DNA of 64,000 nt from Podarcis liolepis (lineage: Eukaryota), in the NCBI GenBank assembly GCA_965112155.1, contig OZ218114.1. One strand, written 5' to 3'. The notes under the pieces were generated by a model, which searched no databases, was not told where the DNA came from, and worked only from the letters and a program-made list of their open reading frames with translations. A program made the translations under genes and the position numbers. Shown here piece after piece: positions 36,543-48,274 of the stretch (its first letter is position 1; each line of letters starts with the position of its first letter).

Positions 36543-38438
36543 CTGGAAGGTAGAATACATATGTATTACAAACAAGACATGAGTGTTGGAGCTGAGACAA
36601 TTACAAAGGTAACTATCAGATGTAACAGTACTAGAAAGAATGCAGCAAGGATCTACTAATTCCATCACTGCATAACATTATAATAACATAACCCCCTTGG
36701 TATTCAGAGCTAGAGAAATATTTCAGAGGGCTAGAAGCCTGCATGAATTCTTAATATTACAGCATCTGCTATAACTTCACACCAAGGGTAAAGGTAGCCC
36801 ACGTTGGCCCATAGGGAAAATGTGAAAAGGACATTCAAAGTTCAGGCCAATAATAATATCACAAAAAATATCACAAGCTTTTGAGTTTCCCTAAAACTCT
36901 TTATCAGGCTAGATGGTAAACAAAGTAACAGAAAGAAATTATGATGGTAATGCCATGTGTCTGCATTTGGTGATAATCTTAAAGACAAAATATGAGATGT
37001 AGGCAGGCATTTAAATGAGACCCTTTAGGTGCTGTGGAAGTATCAGGCACTACTTTCCACCTCTGTCAACATAAAAGACTGTTTAGTTTCTCTTTATTAC
37101 TGTTTTCCACCTATCAACGGTCCTGTGCATTTCACCTAAGGATAGAGACAGATGTGGACAATGGCCACTTCTTCTGTTTCCAGAGATGGGGAGTCAGACA
37201 TTGTTATGCTTTATGTTTCCAGCAGGCTTTGTTGCAACTTGCTCTCTCTCAGCAGATGCAGACTCAATTAGTTATCATCAGTCAAAATTTCTGGTGAATT
37301 CTCCATTAGATGGTAAATAAAACTTGACTAATGGCCACCACTGTCTGAAAAGAACTTATCAGAGATTATATTATCAGTCATGCTCATTGGGAGGCATATC
37401 CTCTGCCCACCCCACCATTTATTCTTGAAAAGGTGGAATACTGTTTTGTTTCTCCAGAGTGCAACTCTGAAATTTTATTTTCCCATGCATAGAGTGTTCT
37501 CTGCCTCCTGGGTGTTCACTGTCTGTATGTGTCAACAAACCCAGTTAATCAAACAACGGGCAAGATCGCTGAACAGGAGGACATGACCCTAAACTGGAGT
37601 TCCAGTGCATCAACTTGCCCATCTACTATGAAAAAGTCCTTTGAATGGGTATGGTATTTCAACAACAGCCCTCTCCAGGGTCGAGCTCCAGGAAAATGAG
37701 CTTTGCAGGTTTTCAGAAGAAGTCAGCTGCGCACCGTGCCAACTGGATGGCTGCTGTGACATCATGAACCCACCTCACTCCTCATCCCCAGTGATTTGAA
37801 AAACTTAAAAAAAACCACCCAGATTCTGCGTCTTTTTAAAAAAGGCACAGAATTATTGTTAAACTGTATGAAGGCACATGTGATGCTTTAAAAAATAATA
37901 ATAAAAAGGAAGAGGCAAGTCTGATGACTGAAAGTGCACTGGAATAACTGGCAAGTATGTTTTTATTGCTAGGAAGGCAGGCTCACCGCACAGGAGACAA
38001 AAAGGGGCAACTATTGTTTTGATGCACATTTGTACACATAGTGCTGGGTGGATATCATGCAACAAATGCAATATCCTGCAGATCAGATGGTGAGCCTCTG
38101 GACCATGAGCTGTGCCTAGTTAGTGTACCTTTTTATCTGGCCTGCAGCCTCACCTCCTCTGCCCCACTCCACCCTGTCTTCTGCTCTGCCACAATTTCCT
38201 CTTCTGCAGGCTAACACCTTGAATTCAAGCTGGGCCGCAAAGGAAATATCTTCCTTTGCAGATGTGGCTTGAATCCAAACTGCTACTGCAAAGGAAGAAA
38301 GAAAAGAATCCAGAGCACACTTTCATCTGTAATCAACGCACATGGCAAGTCCAAGTGATTGACAAATGGGCAGCTCTGTCCATCTCTCAAAATGGTATTT
38401 GGAATTGAGGGGAGCCCAGCATAGCAAGGGACACTTAC

Positions 38439-38470
38439 CAGTAGTTGCCCCATTCAATCATTGTTCCAGG
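38439..38470 (-). CDS. NIPSNAP2: NIPSNAP2 exon 7
   Basis: PGTMIEWGNYW; CAG acceptor, GTAAGT donor; 32 nt. Confidence 0.93.
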
Positions 38471-39097
38471 CTGGGGGGATAAAAGAAATACAGAGCAGGT
38501 GACTCTATGAGAATGACACCCTCCATTCCCTCCCCCGTTGCAACTGGGAAGTAGATGTGGGTTTTCTCTCCTGCCTCCAGAAAGGTTTCTGAATTCTAAT
38601 CAGTAACAAAAAAGACGACTCAGCCCAAAAGACATGGGGCAATTACATAATCACTTTAAGACCAGGATTCCCTCAAATACTTTTTTCAATGTCCCAATTT
38701 TCATTTCCATCACCTGTTGACACTGATAGGGAGCGTTTCTGTCAGAAATATGATATATACACTGAATATATATGATAAATGCACAATAAGCTTGCTTCTC
38801 AGTAAAAAACATATAGGATTGCACTGTTAGTAAATGCAACCTTTTCTGTTCAAAAGGCAGAACTTCCAAGAGAAAAAAGGAAAATCAATGAAAAAGAGTT
38901 GCAATGTGCTCTCTGTTATCCATTTCTGGCAGGAATCAACCTGCCAACTTGTCTACCAGAAGGATTCTCATAACAAATTTAAAGGCTAGCCTGACAAAGA
39001 GTGAATGCAGTCTCGCTCTTAAAGGTCTCATGAACCCAAGGATACACACAGAGGGAGGGAGGGAATGACTATTCTATGAATACATAAAGATGCTCAC

Positions 39098-39238
39098 ACG
39101 GAGTTGATAAGACCTCAGTTCATAGATATTGGGCCCTGTCCTCGGAACAGGCTCATTCCAAAAACTGAACTCCAACAGCAGCTGATTCTTGCGGGAGAGA
39201 AGCATGTTTCCCCTCTCTTTGCGAAACTCCACAAACCC
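39098..39238 (-). CDS. NIPSNAP2: NIPSNAP2 exon 6
   Basis: [47 protein letters not shown]; 141 nt. Confidence 0.95.
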
Positions 39239-39528
39239 CTAAAAATAAAATGAAAAATCCTTACAATGACAAGGCAAGATCACATGAATTATTTTTTAAA
39301 TTATCTAGTTTATGCTTCATCTGTCTGGATATTAAGAGCTTAATACTAGGAGGACATCAAACTTAAAGAGTGTATCCTGGTTTGATACAAAAACTCTGGG
39401 AGTCCTTGACAATGCAGTTATTGTTGTTTTTTTGATTTGTTTTTTTGCAATAAACTGTTAAGTTTGAGAGGCAAAGTGACTTTTAAGGATCAGGCTGATG
39501 AAGTCCAATCTTTTATGCTAGGACTTAC

Positions 39529-39599
39529 CTTATCATGTCGAAGCTTACTCATGACCTCTGTAAGAGCTGGGTAGCCTCCCTCATACCGCCACAGATGAA
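39529..39599 (-). CDS. NIPSNAP2: NIPSNAP2 exon 5
   Basis: VHLWRYEGGYPALTEVMSKLRHDK; 71 nt. Confidence 0.95.
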
Positions 39600-40758
39600 C
39601 TGAAATGAAAAGTGGCATATTTAAGAGTCTCCCTTCCCTACTGGAGATTCAAAACAGACTCCTCAAACGTCAGCTTCTTCCTGGCCAAATATTGTATCCC
39701 ATTGTCATTTCTAGAACCTAGCTCTTTCTTTCCAATTCTGGTGGGCACAGCACCCTTTTCCCAGCACCTTGAGAGTGGTTAGCCCTCTCACTTTCTCTCA
39801 GTGCCTAGGAACATGCCTTATACTGAGTCAGATTATTCATCCATCTAGCTCAGTACTGTTTACACTGACTGGTTGCGGCTCTCCAGGATTTATTCACTGG
39901 TCACTGTCCTTCCTTAAGCCTCTGCAGTATAATTTTCTTTCTTCACCAGCAGAAGTCAGAGGCCAAACAAAAAAGATAAATGGGACAATGCCCTGGGGAA
40001 GATATCCTACACAAGCCCCACTGAAATTAATGTGTGTGTTTGGGTCGAGGGAGGCAGCAAAGAGTGGCTGTAAACCACCTAGCGGCTTTCTGTTGAGTAA
40101 GTAGTATATAAAGTTTGTAAAAATAAAAAATAAAAGAGCCATAGCTCTACCACGAGCCCACTTCCAAAGATTTTACCAGTCAGAGGAAGGCTGCAAACTG
40201 TCACCCAGTCACTCAGGCCTTTCTGATACAGAATTTGAGCCAGCATCATCTGCCAAGAAGGTCGCGTGGACCATGAAATTGGCCAGTCCCCTGAAAGAAC
40301 TGCAAGAAGACCCGTCTGTGACGGGGAGTGTCTAGACTTGGGAGTGGCACATCCAAACTTGGGAGTGGCAACTCTGAATGTGTCTGAACCAGCCTGCCAG
40401 CTATGCAAGGGTGTATATTCACAGGAGCTGAATATACCATTTGATGGTTCTGCAGTGCCTGGGCCTGGGCCAGAGCAGCACCTTTACATTCCCTGCAACC
40501 TTGCCTGAAGGACATTCAGGCAAGGTTACATTGGGGACATAAGGATTCTGTTGAGGCTGAGTTTTGATGGAGAAAATGTCCATTTTCTCTGGGAATTTTC
40601 CTGGGCTCGTTAGAGGTTCTCTGCTGGTGTTGGTTGTCCACTGTCCCCAGACCTTGCCCCACATCCTGCAGGTTCCCATCCTGGCTGGAAGAGGGCCCCT
40701 ATCACAAGCACACATCATTAGCGCAGTTGTGCATTCTGTTGTACGTCTTATCTCCTAC

Positions 40759-40853
40759 CAGCCTGATCTTGCTCTCCGTACCACGTGTTCCACGTCCCCA
40801 CCAGTGTACATGGATATTCCTTCCCTTCGTGGATCTTTGGCAGCACCTCTTGA
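40759..40853 (-). CDS. NIPSNAP2: NIPSNAP2 exon 4
   Basis: [31 protein letters not shown]; AAG acceptor; 95 nt. Confidence 0.95.
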
Positions 40854-42008
40854 CTTTAAAAAAAGGAGAAGCAAAAAGGAACATAAGTACAGTAGCCATT
40901 CCATCAAGCTAAAGAAGAGAAGGCAGATGGGATTGCAGGGCCTCTTGATCGGCTCCAATGGAACACCAACAACTTTTCCATCTACTTGAAATCTATCCAT
41001 TCCAGTCTGAATTTGCTTTTTCCTCCTCCCAATTCCTTTTCTTTTTGTGTCATGTCTTTCAGATTTAAGCCTGAGGGCAAGGACAGTCTTATCACTGACA
41101 TTCATAAGCTGCTCTGGGAACAATTTTTAGCTGATAAAAATGTTTTTATCAAATAAATAACATTCCCATGTGTTTCCTATGTTATGAGTTACCCAAGTGT
41201 CATCTATTCCAACCCCTTGAAACACAGCAATAACAGCTAAAGAATTCCTGACAGATTGCCATCCACCCTGTTTAAAAACCTCCAATGAAGGAGAGTCCAC
41301 CACTTTCCAAGGTAGTCTGTTCCATTGTCAAACAGCCAGTGTTCGAAATCTGCCAGGCATGAAGTGCATTTTGCACCTGGCTATCAGCCATTTGCAACCA
41401 AGGACCATCTGGAAATGCATGCCTATGGATCTTTCAGTCTTGACTGTTTTCACACACTAGCAACACATCCTGTAGAATTCTATCCATTGTATTTTATCTG
41501 CACAATCAGAGCTGTCTGGACCAAAAATGGCAACTAGGCATTCTGCTTTGATACTGTAATCCTGATTTAATGAGCCATTTTGTGCCTAGCTTAAATATCT
41601 GAGTTTCTAACACTGCGAACAGCTCTTACTGCCAGGAAGTTCTTCCTAGTGTTTAGTCATTTTCTTGTCATTCGAATCCATCGGTACAGACCCTACCCTC
41701 TGCAGCAGCAGAAAACAACCTTGCTCCATCTTCCATGTGACAGCCCTTCAGATATTTGAGGATGACCATCATTTCACCTCTCAGCCTTCTAACCTCCAGA
41801 CTAAACATACACAATGCTTCTCATAATGCTTGGTTTCCAGACACTTTATCATATCAGTCACCCTCCTCTGCACCCGTTCCAGCTGGTCAATATCCTTCTT
41901 AAATTTATATTGCATAAATTTCTGGTACAGAAATTAACAACAAACCCAAGAGATGCACAAATGTTGGTTGGCTCACCAGCTAGCCCTTTTCTGTTGTAGA
42001 TGCTAACT

Positions 42009-42141
42009 TAAGGTTATCAGATGTCCCCGTTTCCTGGGGACAGTCCCCGGATTTACAAATCAGTCCCCTGACAAAATCCATCTATTTAATAGGAAGTTGA
42101 AAAGTGTCCCCGGATTCATTGAGAAAAATCTGGTAACCTTA
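42009..42141. mobile_element. hAT MITE
   Basis: TIR TAAGGTTA(T/C)CAGAT; 8-bp TSD TGCTAACT; related copy at 50647-50769. Confidence 0.85.
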
Positions 42142-42645
42142 TGCTAACTCTTCAGTCTCCCTTGAATAGTCTAGCATATACCTGGTGAAGAGGCAGACTT
42201 TTCTCTCATTTGCATAAGGTATGGTATATAAAGGAAGTGAGGGACTGCCAGTGTCTCTACTGAGACTTGGAAGACCCCACCCACCACCGCTGTGTTCTCT
42301 CTTCTCCTAACCACAGCACCAAAAAAACTGCCAGGGTGGCAATGACCTGTGTGCTGCTGGGTAGTTGCCATCAATGAGCTTAAAGAGAGCTTTTAAGTAC
42401 TGCCATCAAGATGAAAGCCACCATAACAAGACAGGCATAGAAGCAGGGCAAGGGATATGGTGCCAGATTCACCACCTCCCCAGCCCAGTTAGGATTCCTC
42501 TGCCCCTTCCTAATCCTATGCAAGTTTACTCAGAAGTAATTCTCACTGAATCCAGTGACTGTATACTAAGTTTGTATGAGTTTAGTAACTAACAAGGCTC
42601 CAGATTTTAACCCACCAAATGTTCCAGCATAGCATTCAGACTTAC

Positions 42646-42691
42646 CAAAGCTTGTTGTAGGATTCTAGGCATTCTGGTTTGACATTGTGAA
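42646..42691 (-). CDS. NIPSNAP2: NIPSNAP2 exon 3
   Basis: [15 protein letters not shown]; 46 nt, following an 88-nt intron. Confidence 0.94.
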
Positions 42692-42779
42692 CTGAAACAG
42701 GAAAAGTCATCATTAAATGCTGAGAGAAAGAAAAAAAGAAAGACAGACAAGGGAGAAATATAAAAAAACAGCAGCTCAC

Positions 42780-42919
42780 ACTGTATTTTATAAAGACTGC
42801 TGGTCTCCCGTTTGGCTAAGAGGTTGGAGTGAGCATCTTTTCTGGGATCAACTTTGCGGACAAAAAGCGATTTTAACCAGCTGTCTTCTGCGGATCGGCT
42901 GTTTGACGACACAAGGCCC
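42780..42919 (-). CDS. NIPSNAP2: NIPSNAP2 exon 2
   Basis: [46 protein letters not shown]; 140 nt. Confidence 0.96.
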
Positions 42920-43503
42920 CTGCAAGTGTGCAAGACAAACATTGTTCTAGAACTTGTGTAAGCTTCATTCCTGTTTCATTTTTATCAGGACTGAGAAGTA
43001 GTGCAGCAAAGAGCAGATTCCTGATTAGCCTCCCAGCTACTGGAAGGTGTTTTTCACATTATCTCTAGAATACACAAGATGCACCTACCTTTAATTCAAC
43101 CTGACTACATTAATCTTAGTTTACTAATCATAGGAGTTTGAGCTGACTCATCAGTAGATCAACAGACCAATCTTATGAAAGTTTAATCAGAATGAAGTCC
43201 CATCATGTTCAGCAGGACTTACCCCAAAGTTAATATGCATTGGACTTCAGCCAAAACATTAAAAATGTATATATGATAAAGTAGTCATAAAGAAAACAAA
43301 GACAGTATTTTTTAATAGTTGTTGCTTGCCTCCCTGCTTCTTTCATAGACAACCAGGGAGGCCTCATCTTGCCAAGGCCATTTGCTTATACAAGAACTTG
43401 TATTATTAGCTAATTTTAAATTTGCCAACCAGTTAATCTGGTGGCATCTTTTTAGTCAATCAAAATATTTTTAATCGAATCATTCAACCAATTATTTGAG
43501 TAC

Positions 43504-43715
43504 TAAAAGGTAAAGGTAAAGGACCCCTGGACGGTTAAGTCCAGTCAAAGGCAACTATGGGATTGCGGCGCTCATCTCACTTTCAGGCCAAGGGAGCCAG
43601 TGTTTGTCCACAGACATGTGGCCAGCATGACTAAACCGCTTCTGGTGCAATGGAACACCATGACGGAAACCAGAGCACATGGAAATGCCGTTTACCTTCC
43701 CGCCACAGCGGTACC
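43504..43715 (-). mobile_element. Sauria SINE (truncated)
   Basis: (ACCTTT)n tail; TSD TATTTGAGTAC. Confidence 0.85.
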
Positions 43716-44645
43716 TATTTGAGTACAAGGACTGCTTCTACCCATATATTGAGCACCATTGTCCAGTTCTTCTGCCACCACACCCCATGCATGTCAGAAT
43801 CATAAAATTGTAAAGTTGTCCAACCCCCCTGCAATGTAGGAACATATGCAGATCAAACCTGCAACCTTGGTATAAGCAGCACCATGCTCTAACCAACTGA
43901 ACTATCCAGGCTGATATATGTAAGTGAGCTCTAGTTCATGAAAGCTTATACCATAATAAAAGTTTGTCAGACATTAAGGTACTACAGATCTATTTTGTGT
44001 AACAGGCTAGCATAGTTACTGGTACTTCTCTGGAAAATGAAATTACGAGTTTTTCCACAGCTATGATATACCAGTATAAACTGGAAGTAAAAGTAATCTC
44101 AAAAGCTTCATTTTAATTAAGTCTGGGGCAGAAACCAGAGAGCAGCAACAGCTGTTGTTCAGGAGTTTTTGCTTGTCTACTGATTTACTGGGGAGAGGAG
44201 GATTAGTTAAAGCTTTCAAGCATGCTTATAATACCCAAATATTTGCAGTAACAAAATTGTACTGTGTGACACAACTGAAAATCAAAGATGAAACTGAAAT
44301 CAAACCCACAAACCTCCAAACTACACTACTTGTTATCTTGAGGAAGACAGTGTATCTAATTTCCCACCATTTGTGTCCTGGAGTGCATGTATCCTTATCT
44401 TCTATGAAAGTCAGGGAGGATTATGTGATGGTTACAGAGTTTGCTGAAAGTAAAAGTGTTAAGCAAAACCACATCCTTATTCACACACTAGCAGAACTCT
44501 TCCCAAGGGATGGGAAAATCCTAGGCAACTGAAAAAGTTGATTTTGGAGAATAATTGATTTTTCAACCCTAAACAACATTTGCTTCTAGAAACCTAAAGC
44601 ATTTTTCAATTTAGTTTAGTTTGCTGTCTTGACCATGTCATGATA

Positions 44646-45000
44646 CAGTGGTGCCCCGCAAGACGAATGCCTCGCAAGACGGAAAACCCGCTAGACGAAA
44701 GGGTTTTCCGTTTTTGAGCTGCTTCGCAAGACAATTTTCCCTATGGGCTTGCTTTGCAAGACGAAAACGTCTTGTGAGTGTTCCGATTTTTTTTCGCTCC
44801 CCCCCCTTTTTTCTAAGCCGCTAATCCGCTAATAGCCTTTTAGCCGCTAATCCGCTAAGCCTTTAATAGCCGCTAAGCCTTTAATAGCCGCTAAACCGCT
44901 AATAGGGCTAAGCCGCTAATAGGGTTGCTTCGCAAGACAAAAAACCGCTAGACGAAGAGACTCACGGAACGGATTAATTTTGTCTTGCGAGGCACCACTG
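44646..45000. mobile_element. Tigger-like MITE with CCGCTAA repeats
   Basis: TIR CAGTGGTGCC with TA TSD; reverse complement of 28166-28523. Confidence 0.88.
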
Positions 45001-46237
45001 TATAGCTTTACAGATCAGTTGAAACAGCAACAAAATCGGTAAGCAATCATTATAACAATTTACCACATGAGTATTTAAATCTATCTGACTCAATTGCAAG
45101 AACTCATGAAGTGGCAGATATCTCTCCACCTCCAATTAAAAACTATTTCTTTTGAATTAAGATAGGAAGGCAGCTGACACAGGAATATACAGTTCTTCCC
45201 TCCTGATAAATGGGACACTAGAATAAACAGCAGGGATCATTATCAGCACAATTATTTATTTAATAACATTTCTATATATACAACTTGACTGTTAAAAATA
45301 ACAACAACCTCAACATGGTTTACAAACATAGGGAATGTTCCTGTTAACATTTATCCAGAACACAGAAGGCATTTTCTAGAATCTTTAATTGCATTTGTTT
45401 ATTTTATCTATTATAGTGATTTTTACCACCACCCCTTGAAGCAAGTTCCCAGGCCACATAAGTAAATTTGGTTGGGGTCCTTAAAAAAATTTAAGAATCA
45501 ATCCATTCATATCTCACCCTTCCTCCTGAAAGAACCCAGGGTGGCTCATTATCATTATTATTTAGGACCCAAAGGAATTTCAATTGGCATTATTTCAGTC
45601 CCAAAAATAACTTCTTAAGACTAATAACCAACAATAACAATATATTTAGTCTCCAGGCAAAAACATTATTTTCTCATCAAACCTTTGGCTTTTAATTAAT
45701 TACCTGAGGCCTTTTTGCATGGGATGTTTTAATCCATTTAAAAAAAACAGAATTGTCTTTATTTTTATTTCCCCCCATATGCTTAAAATATTACAAGTCC
45801 GTTTGTGCTGCCATGGCAAAAAAGCAGCTAATAAATTTAATAAATAACAACGATCATACAAGATGGCTTACAACAACAGTAATAATACAATGTGATAAAT
45901 GAAAAGGGGTGGGGGGGTTGTCCATCTCCCATAATTTAGATGGGAGTGTGTAGAGGATTAGCCAAGAGATTAATGGGGTGACCCCCTACAATGGGGTGGG
46001 GACAAGGGATAATAATAGGTGGGGGCTCCGAGGTAGAACACTTTTACACCGTAAAAGATGTGGAGGCGAAATATCCATGAGGCGACCTCCAATGGCTGGG
46101 GGGCTTCTGCGTGAGGCGGGCTGAGCCAATGTACACACGCCCTCCTGTATAGAGATGGAGGGTGTGTGTACGTGTATATATATATATATATATTTTGGTG
46201 TCTTCGGGTGTCTTCCCGTGTAAGAGTTGGGGTGTCT

Positions 46238-46280
46238 AGGCGACGTTTCGACGAGGTCTCACTCGTCATCTTCAGGCTGG
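46238..46280 (-). ncRNA. Minimal type I hammerhead ribozyme motif (PLE left arm, sense to NIPSNAP2)
   Basis: CTGAAGA-T-GACGAG-tgagac-CTCGTC-GAAAC-GTC on the minus strand. Confidence 0.8.
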
Positions 46281-46512
46281 TGCTTTCGGCTTCTTGTTAC
46301 TGGAACAGAGCAGGATCTCAGTGTTTGAGTTCCTATAAATACTGTTGAGGGGGTGTGGTGTATAGCCTCCAACGTTCTGGGCAGAGGGGAAGTTCCCAGG
46401 TTAGTTTGCCTATTCTTCTTTTGTTCCTTAATTACTTGAGGGATATCTTGAGTGATTTCTTGAGTGATATTCTGAGTACCACTTAGGTGGGTCATTAAGT
46501 GTGGATTAGTTG

Positions 46513-47316
46513 CTAAAGCTTTCGTGTCTTGACCTCTTGAGCTTGTGAAGAGTTTTTCTGAGAAGATGGCTGTACTGCACTTAGTTGTGCTCTGGCTTGG
46601 CTTCGTGTATAGGGGCGAGCTGTGGTTTTGTGCCCTGTGCCAGCCAGATCTGTGTAGGGATTGCAGGGGGGTGCAGCATCCGGAGGTGCCACTATGGTTT
46701 GGCTACTGGATGGTGTCTGTAATTTATCTGTGGAGAGGGTCTGGGTTTGGGTCTGGTGTGGTTGATTGGTGATGGCGTTCTGTGTGCCTCTGGTTCTGGT
46801 GTCGGTTTTTGTGGGGAGGGCTAATTTCCAGATGTCTGGCAGGCGGGACGTGTCGTCACGCTTGTTCATGTTGTGAGGGTGTTTCTCTATCTCGATGGCT
46901 TCCATGATTATTCTCTTGTGGTGATGTTCCATGTTAAAGAGCAATTTGGAATCTGCAAAATTAATTTCGTGTCCTGTTTCTTTCATGTGTTGGAAAAGAG
47001 AGGAAGTTTTTTCTTCTTTTTTGACGGCATTCTTGTGTTCTGCGATACGTGCATTTATTCGTCTGTTTGTTTGTCCAATGTACGTGGCTGGGCAGACTTT
47101 GCAGGGTATTTCATAGACCCCTTGGTTTTCCAACTGGATTTTATCTTTGGGGTTTCTGAGGATATTGGCTATTTTTTGGTTGGTGCAAAAGGCTGTTTTG
47201 ATATTGTGTTTATGGAGGATTTTGCTAATTTTATCTGTAGTGCCCTTGATATAAGGAAGGAGGGCCATGCCATTGTTTTCTTCTGTGTCTTGGTTTTTGG
47301 GGGGTGGCAATGGCAT
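46513..47316 (-). CDS. PLE GIY-YIG endonuclease ORF, left arm (267 aa; expression unproven)
   Basis: Uninterrupted ORF with RT-thumb/linker remnant (LPYIKG) and a GIY-YIG domain with CxxC. Confidence 0.5.
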   Translation of the reverse strand: MPLPPPKNQDTEENNGMALLPYIKGTTDKISKILHKHNIKTAFCTNQKIANILRNPKDKIQLENQGVYEIPCKVCPATYIGQTNRRINARIAEHKNAVKKEEKTSSLFQHMKETGHEINFADSKLLFNMEHHHKRIIMEAIEIEKHPHNMNKRDDTSRLPDIWKLALPTKTDTRTRGTQNAITNQPHQTQTQTLSTDKLQTPSSSQTIVAPPDAAPPCNPYTDLAGTGHKTTARPYTRSQARAQLSAVQPSSQKNSSQAQEVKTRKL

Positions 47317-47999
47317 GGCCCTTTTGCACCAACCAAAAAATAGCCAATATCCTCAGAAACCCCAAAGATAAAATCCAGTTGGAAAACCAAGGGGTCTATG
47401 AAATACCCTGCAAAGTCTGCCCAGCCACGTACATTGGACAAACAAACAGACGAATAAATGCACGTATCGCAGAACACAAGAATGCCGTCAAAAAAGAAGA
47501 AAAAACTTCCTCTCTTTTCCAACACATGAAAGAAACAGGACACGAAATTAATTTTGCAGATTCCAAATTGCTCTTTAACATGGAACATCACCACAAGAGA
47601 ATAATCATGGAAGCCATCGAGATAGAGAAACACCCTCACAACATGAACAAGCGTGACGACACGTGCCGCCTGCCAGACATCTGGAAATTAGCCCTCCCCA
47701 CAAAAACCGACACCAGAACCAGAGGCACACAGAACGCCATCACCAATCAACCACACCAGACCCAAACCCAGACCCTCTCCACAGATAAATTACAGACACC
47801 ATCCAGTAGCCAAACCATAGTGGCACCTCCGGATGCTGCACCCCCCTGCAATCCCTACACAGATCTGGCTGGCACAGGGCACAAAACCACAGCTCGCCCC
47901 TATACACGAAGCCAAGCCAGAGCACAACTAAGTGCAGTACAGCCATCTTCTCAGAAAAACTCTTCACAAGCTCAAGAGGTCAAGACACGAAAGCTTTAG
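47310..47999 (+). CDS. PLE GIY-YIG endonuclease ORF, right arm (229 aa from ATG 47310; expression unproven)
   Basis: Same domain as the left arm with one visible aa change (DDTSRL vs DDTCRL). Confidence 0.5.
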   Translation: MAWPFCTNQKIANILRNPKDKIQLENQGVYEIPCKVCPATYIGQTNRRINARIAEHKNAVKKEEKTSSLFQHMKETGHEINFADSKLLFNMEHHHKRIIMEAIEIEKHPHNMNKRDDTCRLPDIWKLALPTKTDTRTRGTQNAITNQPHQTQTQTLSTDKLQTPSSSQTIVAPPDAAPPCNPYTDLAGTGHKTTARPYTRSQARAQLSAVQPSSQKNSSQAQEVKTRKL

Positions 48000-48231
48000 C
48001 AACTAATCCACACTTAATGACCCACCTAAGTGGTACTCAGAATATCACTCAAGAAATCACTCAAGATATCCCTCAAGTAATTAAGGAACAAAAGAAGAAT
48101 AGGCAAACTAACCTGGGAACTTCCCCTCTGCCCAGAACGTTGGAGGCTATACACCACACCCCCTCAACAGTATTTATAGGAAATCAAACACTGAGATCCT
48201 GCTCTGTTCCAGTAACAAGAAGCCGAAAGCA

Positions 48232-48274
48232 CCAGCCTGAAGATGACGAGTGAGACCTCGTCGAAACGTCGCCT
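48232..48274 (+). ncRNA. Minimal type I hammerhead ribozyme motif (PLE right arm)
   Basis: CTGAAGA 48237-48243; stem II GACGAG/CTCGTC; GAAAC 48263-48267; GTC cleavage triplet 48268-48270. Confidence 0.8.

Noticed and set aside
46873-47639. Mirror-image 156-aa hydrophobic ORFs
   Set aside because: Antisense shadows of the PLE endonuclease ORF, duplicated by the palindrome.
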